A DNA stretch of 63,998 nt, filler included, from an uncultured Myxococcia bacterium (GTDB taxonomy: Bacteria; CAZTWC01): the NCBI GenBank assembly GCA_964617105.1. It is 7 parts of 7 records of this genome, joined end to end, with 100 filler letters (N's around TTAATTAATTAA, not from the genome) between each part and the next. Parts side by side here need not be neighbours in the genome. Positions count along the whole stretch, not along the records: positions 1 to 9,928 come from CAZTWC010000126.1; 6 more parts are not named here. The stretch is one strand, 5' to 3'. Of the stretch, positions 1 through 7,757 are shown piece by piece. The notes beneath the pieces were generated by a model. That model worked only from the letters and a program-made list of their open reading frames with translations, was not told the DNA's origin and made no database searches. Position 1 is the stretch's first letter, and each line of letters starts with the position of its first letter. Made by a program: the position numbers and the translations under genes.

Positions 1-55
1 CAGATATTTCGACCGCCCCGCAGAAGCAGCTCCCGGTGTAGGTTTTTTCGCTCAT
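1..55 (-). CDS. GFA/CENP-V family Zn protein, N-terminus only (runs off window)
   Basis: Read manually: ATG at 55 with AAGGAG upstream; MSEKTYTGSCFCGAVEIS matches the GFA N-terminal GxCxCG motif; ATGA overlap with the upstream stop. Confidence 0.7.
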   Translation of the reverse strand, partial: MSEKTYTGSCFCGAVEIS

Positions 56-435
56 GCCGTGTCTCCTTGGGTGGGTGAGATATATTGTGGGAATAGGATA
101 GTGAGGTGAAAGAGGGAAGGCAATTGGCCAGCGGGAATGGAAAAAAGGAGACGGATATACCTCAAACCGGCAATTTCTAAAAAGGGGAGAAAAATAGCCA
201 GCCAAACCAGAGAGGTAAATAGCCCCAACCCTTTTGAACGAAAAAAATTAAGGCCACTGTACCCAATAGCGCCCAAACTGATACCCATAAACCATACCGT
301 AAAGATAAGCCCAATACAGATTTCATTACCCTGAAAGGAAACCAGAAATTCTCTTACCAGGTGCACCTGGGTAATGATGGCTATAAACCCCAGTCCAAAG
401 TAGAGTGGCAAAACCAAAGCAACTCGTTTATCCAC
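52..435 (-). CDS. Membrane protein resembling the N-terminal TM region of fused spermidine-synthase-like proteins; probably truncated
   Basis: GFIAIITQVHLVREFLVSFQGNEICIGLIF motif and 3-4 TM helices; only 127 aa, far shorter than typical members. Confidence 0.55.
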   Translation of the reverse strand: MDKRVALVLPLYFGLGFIAIITQVHLVREFLVSFQGNEICIGLIFTVWFMGISLGAIGYSGLNFFRSKGLGLFTSLVWLAIFLPFLEIAGLRYIRLLFSIPAGQLPSLFHLTILFPQYISPTQGDTA

Positions 436-620
436 TACAGAAATCCTTTATATCTGATGGTCTTATGGTTTTGGGTTTGACAAAAATTCCATTTTATTAT
501 ACATAGTTAGTGTATACTTATAAACTGTAACCATCATGGTTTTGGTCCTTGCGCCAACTTCCAGTTTCTAGGTTATACTTAACAATGCAAATTTCCAATC
601 TATTTTTCTAGGGGATAATC

Positions 621-1901
621 ATGAGCGGCAAAATAGTTATTATTGAAAGTGACGCAAAGTTGAATTCTTCCTTACAGGATGAGTTAGTTGAGCGGGATTT
701 TGAGGTGGAAATATTTACTGATGGTAAAAAAGCCATGGCTGGCACCAAAAAAGGTGGTATGGACTTGGTGCTGTTAAGTATGGATATCGGAGGACTAAAC
801 CCCTTCTCCTTGAGTAATAGTTTTAAACGAAATCCAAAACTTAAAGATAAACCGGTCATTTTAATGGCCTCCAAAAATGTCCCCAACATGGTAAAAAAAG
901 CCAATGCGCAAGGGATGATTACTAAACCTTTTGATATGGATGTTTTAATTGCTGAACTCAATCAGTTTATCCAGGTGGGTGATGCTGGGGTCCAGGTTAT
1001 TGAGGAGGAGGAAGAGGGAGAGGGGATAGAATTAACTGAAAACGATGCCGAAGTGATAATTCTTGACGGAGATGAGGATGCTCAAGAAAGCGGTATAGAT
1101 GTCTCTGACTATAGAGATACAGAGGAAGATGGGGTGCCTGAAGAAGAAGATTTGGACGAGGAAGAGGAGATTTCCCTGGAAAATTCAGAAATTGTTGCTC
1201 AGAATCAGGATTTGAAAAGAAAAATTCGTTCTACCAACGTGGAATTGGATGAGTTTAAAAATTCTTTGAAGATAGCCAATATGGAGCGGGAAGATTTAAG
1301 GGAGCAATTGTCAGGGATAACCATTGAGCGGGATGAATTAAAGACCGCACTGACCACTACCAGCAAAGAGCGGGAGGGATTGCGGCAATCTGGGAGATCA
1401 GCCAGAATGGAGTTGGAGGAGTTAAAAACCTCCGCAAAATCGGTAAAGATTGAAAAAGAAGATTTAAAACAATCTCTTAGCGAAAGTAATCAGACTAAAG
1501 ATAGTCTATTAAAAAAGAAAAATAGTTTGAGTAAAAAATTGTCCGTCATAGAAGAGAAATTACAAGAGATCCAAACTAAAAGCCACCAGGAGGAAAAGAT
1601 CCTTTCTAACCAGGTAAAAGAACTGGAACACAAATTGGGCATTGAGCGGGAAAGATTGAAGCAGACCGACGAGTTATACCAAACTGAACTGGATTCAATT
1701 GAAGATAAAAACAAAAAGAATTTAGTTGAGAGAGACAATACCATTAATAACTTAACAGACTCATTGGATAAAGCCCAGGATGAGAGAAAAGAATTTGAGG
1801 AGAAATATCAACAATCTAAGGACAGTCTAAAAAAATACGAGAAAACCCTTGTCCGGGCCAGCGGTCTTACTGAAGATTTGGCTTCAATTCTAAAAATTTA
1901 A
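621..1901 (+). CDS. FrzS/AglZ-like pseudo-receiver plus acidic linker plus long coiled coil
   Basis: Receiver fold with IIESD...FTDGK...DLVLLSMD (phospho-Asp replaced by Ser) and KPF, closely resembling the myxobacterial FrzS N-terminus; heptad coiled coil from about aa 185. Confidence 0.7.
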   Translation: MSGKIVIIESDAKLNSSLQDELVERDFEVEIFTDGKKAMAGTKKGGMDLVLLSMDIGGLNPFSLSNSFKRNPKLKDKPVILMASKNVPNMVKKANAQGMITKPFDMDVLIAELNQFIQVGDAGVQVIEEEEEGEGIELTENDAEVIILDGDEDAQESGIDVSDYRDTEEDGVPEEEDLDEEEEISLENSEIVAQNQDLKRKIRSTNVELDEFKNSLKIANMEREDLREQLSGITIERDELKTALTTTSKEREGLRQSGRSARMELEELKTSAKSVKIEKEDLKQSLSESNQTKDSLLKKKNSLSKKLSVIEEKLQEIQTKSHQEEKILSNQVKELEHKLGIERERLKQTDELYQTELDSIEDKNKKNLVERDNTINNLTDSLDKAQDERKEFEEKYQQSKDSLKKYEKTLVRASGLTEDLASILKI

Positions 1902-2016
1902 GAGAAAATTTTTTGTGTCCAAAACTACTTTTAGAGGTGTCATTCTTAATAACTACAAAATTCATAATTTCTAGACTATTAACTCGCAATTCATGATTTT
2001 CTTAGAGGGGGATAAA

Positions 2017-2694
2017 ATGAACTTGCCAAAGAGAGTATTTTTCTGTTCTTTCTTTATTCTACTAATAACAACTTGGCTTCCTGCCTATACCCATGCTACC
2101 ACAGCGATTTTTCTTTCCAACCAGGAGTTGGCCCAAAATGCCGATTTTATTGTACGGGGACTGGTAAAGTCACAGCGTATTTATTGGGGAGATGGGCACA
2201 AAACCGTGTACACCGACAGCAAGGTTGAAGTGAAAGAGTATATCAAGCCGATAGGATCGGATCAGAAACCGCAAAAAGAGATACTGATAAACCAGATTGG
2301 CGGTAAAGTCGGTGATATAATTTATAATGTATTAGGAGATGCAAAATTAAAACCAGGGGAAGAGGTTATCCTGTTTCTTAAAAAGGACCAGGAAAAATCC
2401 CGATTTTATTTGCTGGCTCTCTGCCAGGCAAAATTTACCGTGATTAGAAAAGAGGGGGCGTCTCCGGTGATATTCAGAAAATTGGAGGAGTTGACCCTGG
2501 CTAAAATGGTAAAGGGTAAAGTCCAAATACTTCAGCACTCTTTGCACCGGGTCAAACACCAAGAATTAAAACCCACCATCAGACCTTTGGCCGACTTTGT
2601 TAAGGAGATTAATTCCTATTTGCTAACCCAACCAAAACTACAAAAGGTAAAACTCAAGACCTTGAAAGATCGAATTATTCAGATTAAACCATAA
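2017..2694 (+). CDS. Secreted TIMP/OB-fold-like protein upstream of a matrixin
   Basis: RBS AGAGGGGG; signal peptide ending ...AYTHA; TTAIFLSNQELAQNADFIVRGLV...GG.VG...PGEEVILFL pattern. Confidence 0.55.
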   Translation: MNLPKRVFFCSFFILLITTWLPAYTHATTAIFLSNQELAQNADFIVRGLVKSQRIYWGDGHKTVYTDSKVEVKEYIKPIGSDQKPQKEILINQIGGKVGDIIYNVLGDAKLKPGEEVILFLKKDQEKSRFYLLALCQAKFTVIRKEGASPVIFRKLEELTLAKMVKGKVQILQHSLHRVKHQELKPTIRPLADFVKEINSYLLTQPKLQKVKLKTLKDRIIQIKP

Positions 2695-2748
2695 GCGATT
2701 GACTCCGATTCAAGTCGGGTGACCATTGTTTTTCCCGGGGGGGGAATT

Positions 2749-5352
2749 ATGCACAGGACAATATCCATATCTTTTTATCTTATAGTCTTTTTTGTGTCAT
2801 CTTTTGCTTTCGCCTATCAAACAATTAAATCTAATAGCGGCAAGGATGCCTATTGGCCGGCTGGACGCCAGGAAATTCCGGTCCCATACTATATTAACGA
2901 TAAAGGCTGTAAAGACATCAGCGATGGTTCAGATTTCAAGGCTATCCAAGACTCTTTTCAAACCTGGGAGGATGTAAATTGTTCTACTATCACTTTTGAT
3001 TACAAAGGAAAAAACGCCAGTGTATATGCTGGTATCAATAACGGGACAAATTTGATGATCTGGCCGGATAGTTGGCCCGGCCAATTTGGAAATAACGCCA
3101 TTGGCGTTACCACCCCGATTACTGGCGCGAGTGGACAGATCTATGATGCTGATATTCAGTTCAACCAGAACTACTTTTGCTGGTCTACCACTAGCAACTG
3201 GAACAATTGTGGTTGGGGCCGCAGTCCGGTGGATGTGGCTAATATCGCTACTCATGAAATCGGCCATTTTTTAGGGTTGGCACACAGTAAATATTCTGAT
3301 GCTACCATGTACTATTCCTCTGCAAACCGGGAAACTAATCGCCGCAGTTTGAGCCCGGATGATATTAAAGGCATATGCTATATCTATCCAGTCCAGGCTG
3401 GTCAGGGCGGCGGTTTTGGATCTCCCTGTAGTGCTGACAGTGACTGTACAGATGGAGTTTGCACCACCAATGGCAGCGGCAAGTTTTGCTCGAAAAAATG
3501 TAGCACAGCCACCGATTGCCCCTCTGGATACCAGTGCACAAACAGTGTTTGCGCCAGTGGCGACGGTGGTGGAACCACAACGGGTGAAGCCGGGGTTGGT
3601 GAGGCGTGTGGCCACACCAGTAGCGGTATGATGAATTGTAAATCAGGTCTCCTCTGTCTTGCCGACAGTAGCGGTAGCCAGCAGGGCAAATGTTTTGAGA
3701 CCTGCCAGCCAGATAATAACAACCCTCAGTCCAGTTGTCCCTCTGGCAAAATTTGTCAGCCAGTGGGAAATCCCAAGACCAATGCTCCAACTGGTGGCGC
3801 TTGTATAGACCAGAGTAATATACCCAGTGGAACCAACGATGAAGGGGCGGCCTGCGGCCAGGCCGAGGGCGATTGCAAGCAAGGATTGTTGTGTATAGTA
3901 ACTTCCCAGGGAGATCAGAGCGGCACCTGCCGGCAACAGTGTGATCCGCAGAATTCTCAGTGTAAATCGGGTTACAGTTGCGCGGGTCTCCAGGGCGGTG
4001 GCGGTGTTTGTATGCCAGCCGGCGCCGCTGGCGGCGCCGGCAGTAATGAGGAAGGCGCAGTCTGCAGTCAGTCCGCAGGCACCTGTAAAGAAGGCTTGAT
4101 ATGTATCGTTACCTCTGAGGGAGATCAGAGCGGCATTTGCCGGAAAAAGTGTGATCCGCAAAATCCTCAGTGTAGTAGCGACTATACCTGTGCTGAGTTG
4201 CAGGGTGGAGCAGGTGGTGTTTGTATTCCTACCGCAGGGTCTGCCATTGGCAGTGGTGGCGGTGCCTCAGGTGGAGGTTCCAGTGGTGAGGGGCAAATGT
4301 GTGATCAGAAAACTGGTTGCTCTAGCGGTCTGGTTTGTCTCGCTGATTCGGCAGGAGCCCAAAGTGGTAAGTGCCGAAAAGAGTGCAATCCCCAATCTCC
4401 AACCGCCTGTAGCCAGGAACAGGCCTGTATTCCAACCGATACGTCCGGGACCAAGGGTGTTTGCATGCCAGGTGTGGGTGAAGGGCAAACCTGTGACAAC
4501 AAGAGTAGTTTCTGTTCCGGCTCCATGATTTGTCTTTCCGCCCAGCAGGGCGAGGCGGGTAAATGCTTTAGAACCTGTAAAACTGACACTGATTGTGGTC
4601 AAGGTTACACTTGCTTTAATACCGGTAGTGTTTCGGTTTGTAAAGCGGTAGCAGGAGGCGGAAGCACCGGCGGCGAAGGAGCAGATGGTAGCGGTATTGG
4701 CAAACAGTGTAAAGATGGCCGGGATTGTGGAGATTTGATTTGCATGGGTGGTACCAGTAAAATTTGCACCAAAACCTGTAATTTAAATAGTTCCGAAGAC
4801 TGTCCGGAAAACCATGTCTGCCTAAAGACCAGCACCTCTTCCAATGGTTTTTGTTGGCCAAAAGACAAAAGCGGCGCACCCAAACCCTTTGGATCTTCCT
4901 GTAGTGACAGTTCGGGGTGTCTATCCGGCTATTGCGTTGGAGGTTATTGCTCTGACACCTGCGCCACTGACAGTGAATGCCCCATTGGTTTTAAAAAATG
5001 TTCAGACAGCGGCGATGGCACCAAGGTCTGTACCATTTTTGGAGAGGGAAAAAAGGCTTTTGGCTCCACCTGTTCCACTGACGGAGATTGCCAGAGCGCC
5101 TATTGCACAGAGGGGTTGTGTGTTGAAATTTGCGACGCCAATATCAACTGCCCCTCTGGTTATACCTGTGATTCCACTGCCAAGACTTGCATGGCCCAGT
5201 TATCTTGGTCTTCTACCAAAGATAATGGCTGCTCTTGTACCCTGATGGATCTAAATAGAACCTCCTCTGGCAGCAATTTTAACATCGTGTTTTTCTTAAT
5301 ACTAATAGCAACCTCCTTGTGGGGCTTTAGAATGCGAATACATCTCGGCTAA
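2749..5352 (+). CDS. Matrixin (M10 metzincin) with Cys-rich repeats and MYXO-CTERM-like anchor
   Basis: Signal peptide; HEIGHFLGLAH zinc motif and Met-turn ATMY; many Cys-rich modules with Gly linkers; C-terminal GCSC + TM + basic tail. Confidence 0.9.
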   Translation: MHRTISISFYLIVFFVSSFAFAYQTIKSNSGKDAYWPAGRQEIPVPYYINDKGCKDISDGSDFKAIQDSFQTWEDVNCSTITFDYKGKNASVYAGINNGTNLMIWPDSWPGQFGNNAIGVTTPITGASGQIYDADIQFNQNYFCWSTTSNWNNCGWGRSPVDVANIATHEIGHFLGLAHSKYSDATMYYSSANRETNRRSLSPDDIKGICYIYPVQAGQGGGFGSPCSADSDCTDGVCTTNGSGKFCSKKCSTATDCPSGYQCTNSVCASGDGGGTTTGEAGVGEACGHTSSGMMNCKSGLLCLADSSGSQQGKCFETCQPDNNNPQSSCPSGKICQPVGNPKTNAPTGGACIDQSNIPSGTNDEGAACGQAEGDCKQGLLCIVTSQGDQSGTCRQQCDPQNSQCKSGYSCAGLQGGGGVCMPAGAAGGAGSNEEGAVCSQSAGTCKEGLICIVTSEGDQSGICRKKCDPQNPQCSSDYTCAELQGGAGGVCIPTAGSAIGSGGGASGGGSSGEGQMCDQKTGCSSGLVCLADSAGAQSGKCRKECNPQSPTACSQEQACIPTDTSGTKGVCMPGVGEGQTCDNKSSFCSGSMICLSAQQGEAGKCFRTCKTDTDCGQGYTCFNTGSVSVCKAVAGGGSTGGEGADGSGIGKQCKDGRDCGDLICMGGTSKICTKTCNLNSSEDCPENHVCLKTSTSSNGFCWPKDKSGAPKPFGSSCSDSSGCLSGYCVGGYCSDTCATDSECPIGFKKCSDSGDGTKVCTIFGEGKKAFGSTCSTDGDCQSAYCTEGLCVEICDANINCPSGYTCDSTAKTCMAQLSWSSTKDNGCSCTLMDLNRTSSGSNFNIVFFLILIATSLWGFRMRIHLG

Positions 5353-5429
5353 CGTTGTGTTGCCGGCAGCAAAATCCTCCTTCCCACGGGGATGACCTTC
5401 GGCCTCGACGTAGACAAACCTACGACTGC
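5353..5429. repeat. Degenerate partial copy of the 21219-21344 palindromic element carrying a nested 23-bp insert
   Basis: cctcgacgtagacaaacctacgactgc versus cctcgacgtataaaacatacgcctgc at 21269; insert 5380-5402 flanked by CCTC...CCTC. Confidence 0.65.
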
Positions 5430-5674
5430 TTGTTCAGAACCCCAAGAGTAGTCAATAGTTGTCAATAGTTGCTTCACCCCATCCAATGGCGATTTACCAA
5501 CCAGGCGCTCATCTCCGGGTAGTCACTGTCTCTTTGCGCCGGCCTCCATGGGTACCCGGTTGACTTCAAGGTTGAAATTTGCCACAAGTCGAAATCCTCT
5601 GCTCTATTTTTTCTCTTGTAACCTCTTGTAATCACATCAAATTTAAATTATTTTCATTTTTATTAAAAAAAAAT

Positions 5675-5702
5675 TAAAGTTTTAGTTAAAAATGCCCGAT
5701 GT
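5675..5702 (+). promoter_or_regulatory. Candidate sigma28 (FliA) promoter
   Basis: TAAAGTTT-N12-CCCGATGT versus consensus TAAAGTTT-N11-GCCGATAA, just upstream of a flagellin-like gene. Confidence 0.55.
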
Positions 5703-5753
5703 TGATGTTAGATACTTATAGCTTTAACGACATCGCAGATCTTATTGGTTATT

Positions 5754-7757
5754 ATGATTACTCCGGTTTCTTCCATAACTGCCATAATTGAAAGGCAGCG
5801 GCAATTAATTCAAAGCCGATACCGTCAGGCCCAAAAAGAGGTCCAATATCGGGCCTCTGCTCGCCGGGACCGGACTCAGTCCGACTATACTAACAGATTG
5901 GCTGGCGGCCGGAAAATCTCCTCTGATACCGGGACCACCGGCACTGCCCTTATCGCCCAGCGGTTGAACACCAGAGCACAGAGTTACCGGCCAGTGTTGA
6001 AAAATATCCATTATGGACAAGAACTTCTTAAAGAGGCGGACAAAGATCTTGGTTCTATTAACCGCAAACTTTACCGGATGCGGGAGTTGGCAGAGCAAGT
6101 GGCCAATCAGGGCGCCATTGACACCGAAGCAGTCCAGTTGAATACCACCTATCAATCTCTGATGGAGCAAATGGATAATTTGGCTAAAACCAGTGATTAT
6201 AGAGGAAAAAAACTATTAAGTGGAGAACTCAACCTGGATCTGTTTTTAGGAATTGATAATAGTGATGGGGCTAATTTTAATATTACCATAACTAATAGTG
6301 ACAAAAATGGATTGAATCTGACCGATACCAGTATCACCTCTACTAGCGGCGCGCAAAGCGCTTTAAGTGCCGTGAATGATGCTATCGATGCCGTGGAATT
6401 GAGACAGGAAGATGCCAGGGGGCTGCAAAAACGGCTAAAAAGCGCGGTGAATGTGCATGGATTGGTTCGTCTCAATGCTATGCTCAAGAGTAAAGAGATA
6501 TCTGAACTCAATCTGGAGGAGAGCCGGGAGTTGAGTAAAAAATTGGCCGGGTCCATAGTGGGAGAGCAAGTGGGACGGGCGGCCTCAAAGGCTCTGCAAG
6601 CGGGTCAATCTTATCCTCAGGCGGTTAGAGGTGGACAAGACGGCCGAATTGCCCCATCAGCAGTAGATCGCCAATTGAGCAAAGTTAGAAATACTAAAAC
6701 TGTTAAGGAGAAAAAATATAGGTCGGGTAACAGCAGCCCCGCCACAATGGATGAACTTACCAACAGTATCAGAGCCCAGGCAATAACCTCTGACAACCAA
6801 AAACTTATGCAAATCATCAATCAAAATGCTCAACTCAAATCCGATTTCCAGGCGGCAAACATAACCAATACCAAACAATTGAAGCAGTTTATGGTCCAAT
6901 CGGTGCAAAAAAAGTTTGTTGGAAATAAGTTAACCAGTGATTTTTTGGCCGCTAACATGGATATTACCAGGATGCTGGCTCTGGATCCGGGCCAGATTAG
7001 CAAAGAGATCGGGCAGAGCGATTTTCTAACTGAACAACTGCAGAATGGAAAAACCATCACCGATTCTTTAAAGAATGCTATTGCCCATGAGGCTCAGAAG
7101 TTGTTAAAAGAGGGAACAGCCATTACTACCGATTTTTTAGAGAATAACCTTGACGCAGCAGTTTATTTCTTAATGAATCCCGATTATGCCAAAAATTTGC
7201 CCACCAAGGCTTTAAAACAGTGGTACCCGGACCAATATAATTACTCTGATGAAGATTTTATCAATGATTTGCCTGCCAATCGGGAGATCTATAAACAGGA
7301 GATCGCCCGGAAGGCAGAAAGAATATTAGACAGACCTCAAACCCTGGATCAGGAGTTTATGGAGAATAATCGTCTTTTCAGCCAATTGGTAGTAGGCAGT
7401 GAGATTATTGAAGAAGATTTAGACTATGGTTCTTTTATTAATGCAAAGAGTATAAATCCAGAGATCAATTTCTCGCCTTACGATTTGCTCAGGTCATTTC
7501 AGGCCCATGCTGCAGCGGCCAAACTGGGAGAGGATTTTCCTCTGGATGAGCCATGGTTAAAGGAGAATATCGGTATGGCCCTGGTGGTTAACCGCTCTTC
7601 GGAAGTAACTGATGCCTTGCGACAAAACGCTGGAATAGTGGCGGGCCAGTTTTTATCGGGAAGTATGGATTTGAGTAAACTAACCGCCTATACCAGTCAG
7701 ATTGCCCAGCAAATTAACTCCCAATCAAGCGGCGACCAGGTTAATATCAGGTGGTGA
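5754..7757 (+). CDS. Flagellin-domain protein with long C-terminal extension
   Basis: Flagellin N region (NRLAGGRKISS...LYRMRELAEQ...DYRGKKLLSG) and C helix (AQSALSAVNDAIDAV...LQKRL) within about 290 aa, then about 380 extra aa. Confidence 0.75.
   Translation: MITPVSSITAIIERQRQLIQSRYRQAQKEVQYRASARRDRTQSDYTNRLAGGRKISSDTGTTGTALIAQRLNTRAQSYRPVLKNIHYGQELLKEADKDLGSINRKLYRMRELAEQVANQGAIDTEAVQLNTTYQSLMEQMDNLAKTSDYRGKKLLSGELNLDLFLGIDNSDGANFNITITNSDKNGLNLTDTSITSTSGAQSALSAVNDAIDAVELRQEDARGLQKRLKSAVNVHGLVRLNAMLKSKEISELNLEESRELSKKLAGSIVGEQVGRAASKALQAGQSYPQAVRGGQDGRIAPSAVDRQLSKVRNTKTVKEKKYRSGNSSPATMDELTNSIRAQAITSDNQKLMQIINQNAQLKSDFQAANITNTKQLKQFMVQSVQKKFVGNKLTSDFLAANMDITRMLALDPGQISKEIGQSDFLTEQLQNGKTITDSLKNAIAHEAQKLLKEGTAITTDFLENNLDAAVYFLMNPDYAKNLPTKALKQWYPDQYNYSDEDFINDLPANREIYKQEIARKAERILDRPQTLDQEFMENNRLFSQLVVGSEIIEEDLDYGSFINAKSINPEINFSPYDLLRSFQAHAAAAKLGEDFPLDEPWLKENIGMALVVNRSSEVTDALRQNAGIVAGQFLSGSMDLSKLTAYTSQIAQQINSQSSGDQVNIRW

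Noticed and set aside
2792-5245. Many overlapping alternative-frame ORFs within the matrixin gene and other long genes
   Set aside because: Expected shadow ORFs from Gly/Cys-rich codon bias, with no RBS or recognisable motifs.
5470-5600. Possible c-di-GMP riboswitch, HEARO/omega RNA or small ORF
   Set aside because: Only fragments match (GGCGCAAAG, a CCGGGTA/TACCCGG stem). The full consensus and any associated nuclease gene are missing, and the 53-aa minus-strand ORF has no recognisable motif.
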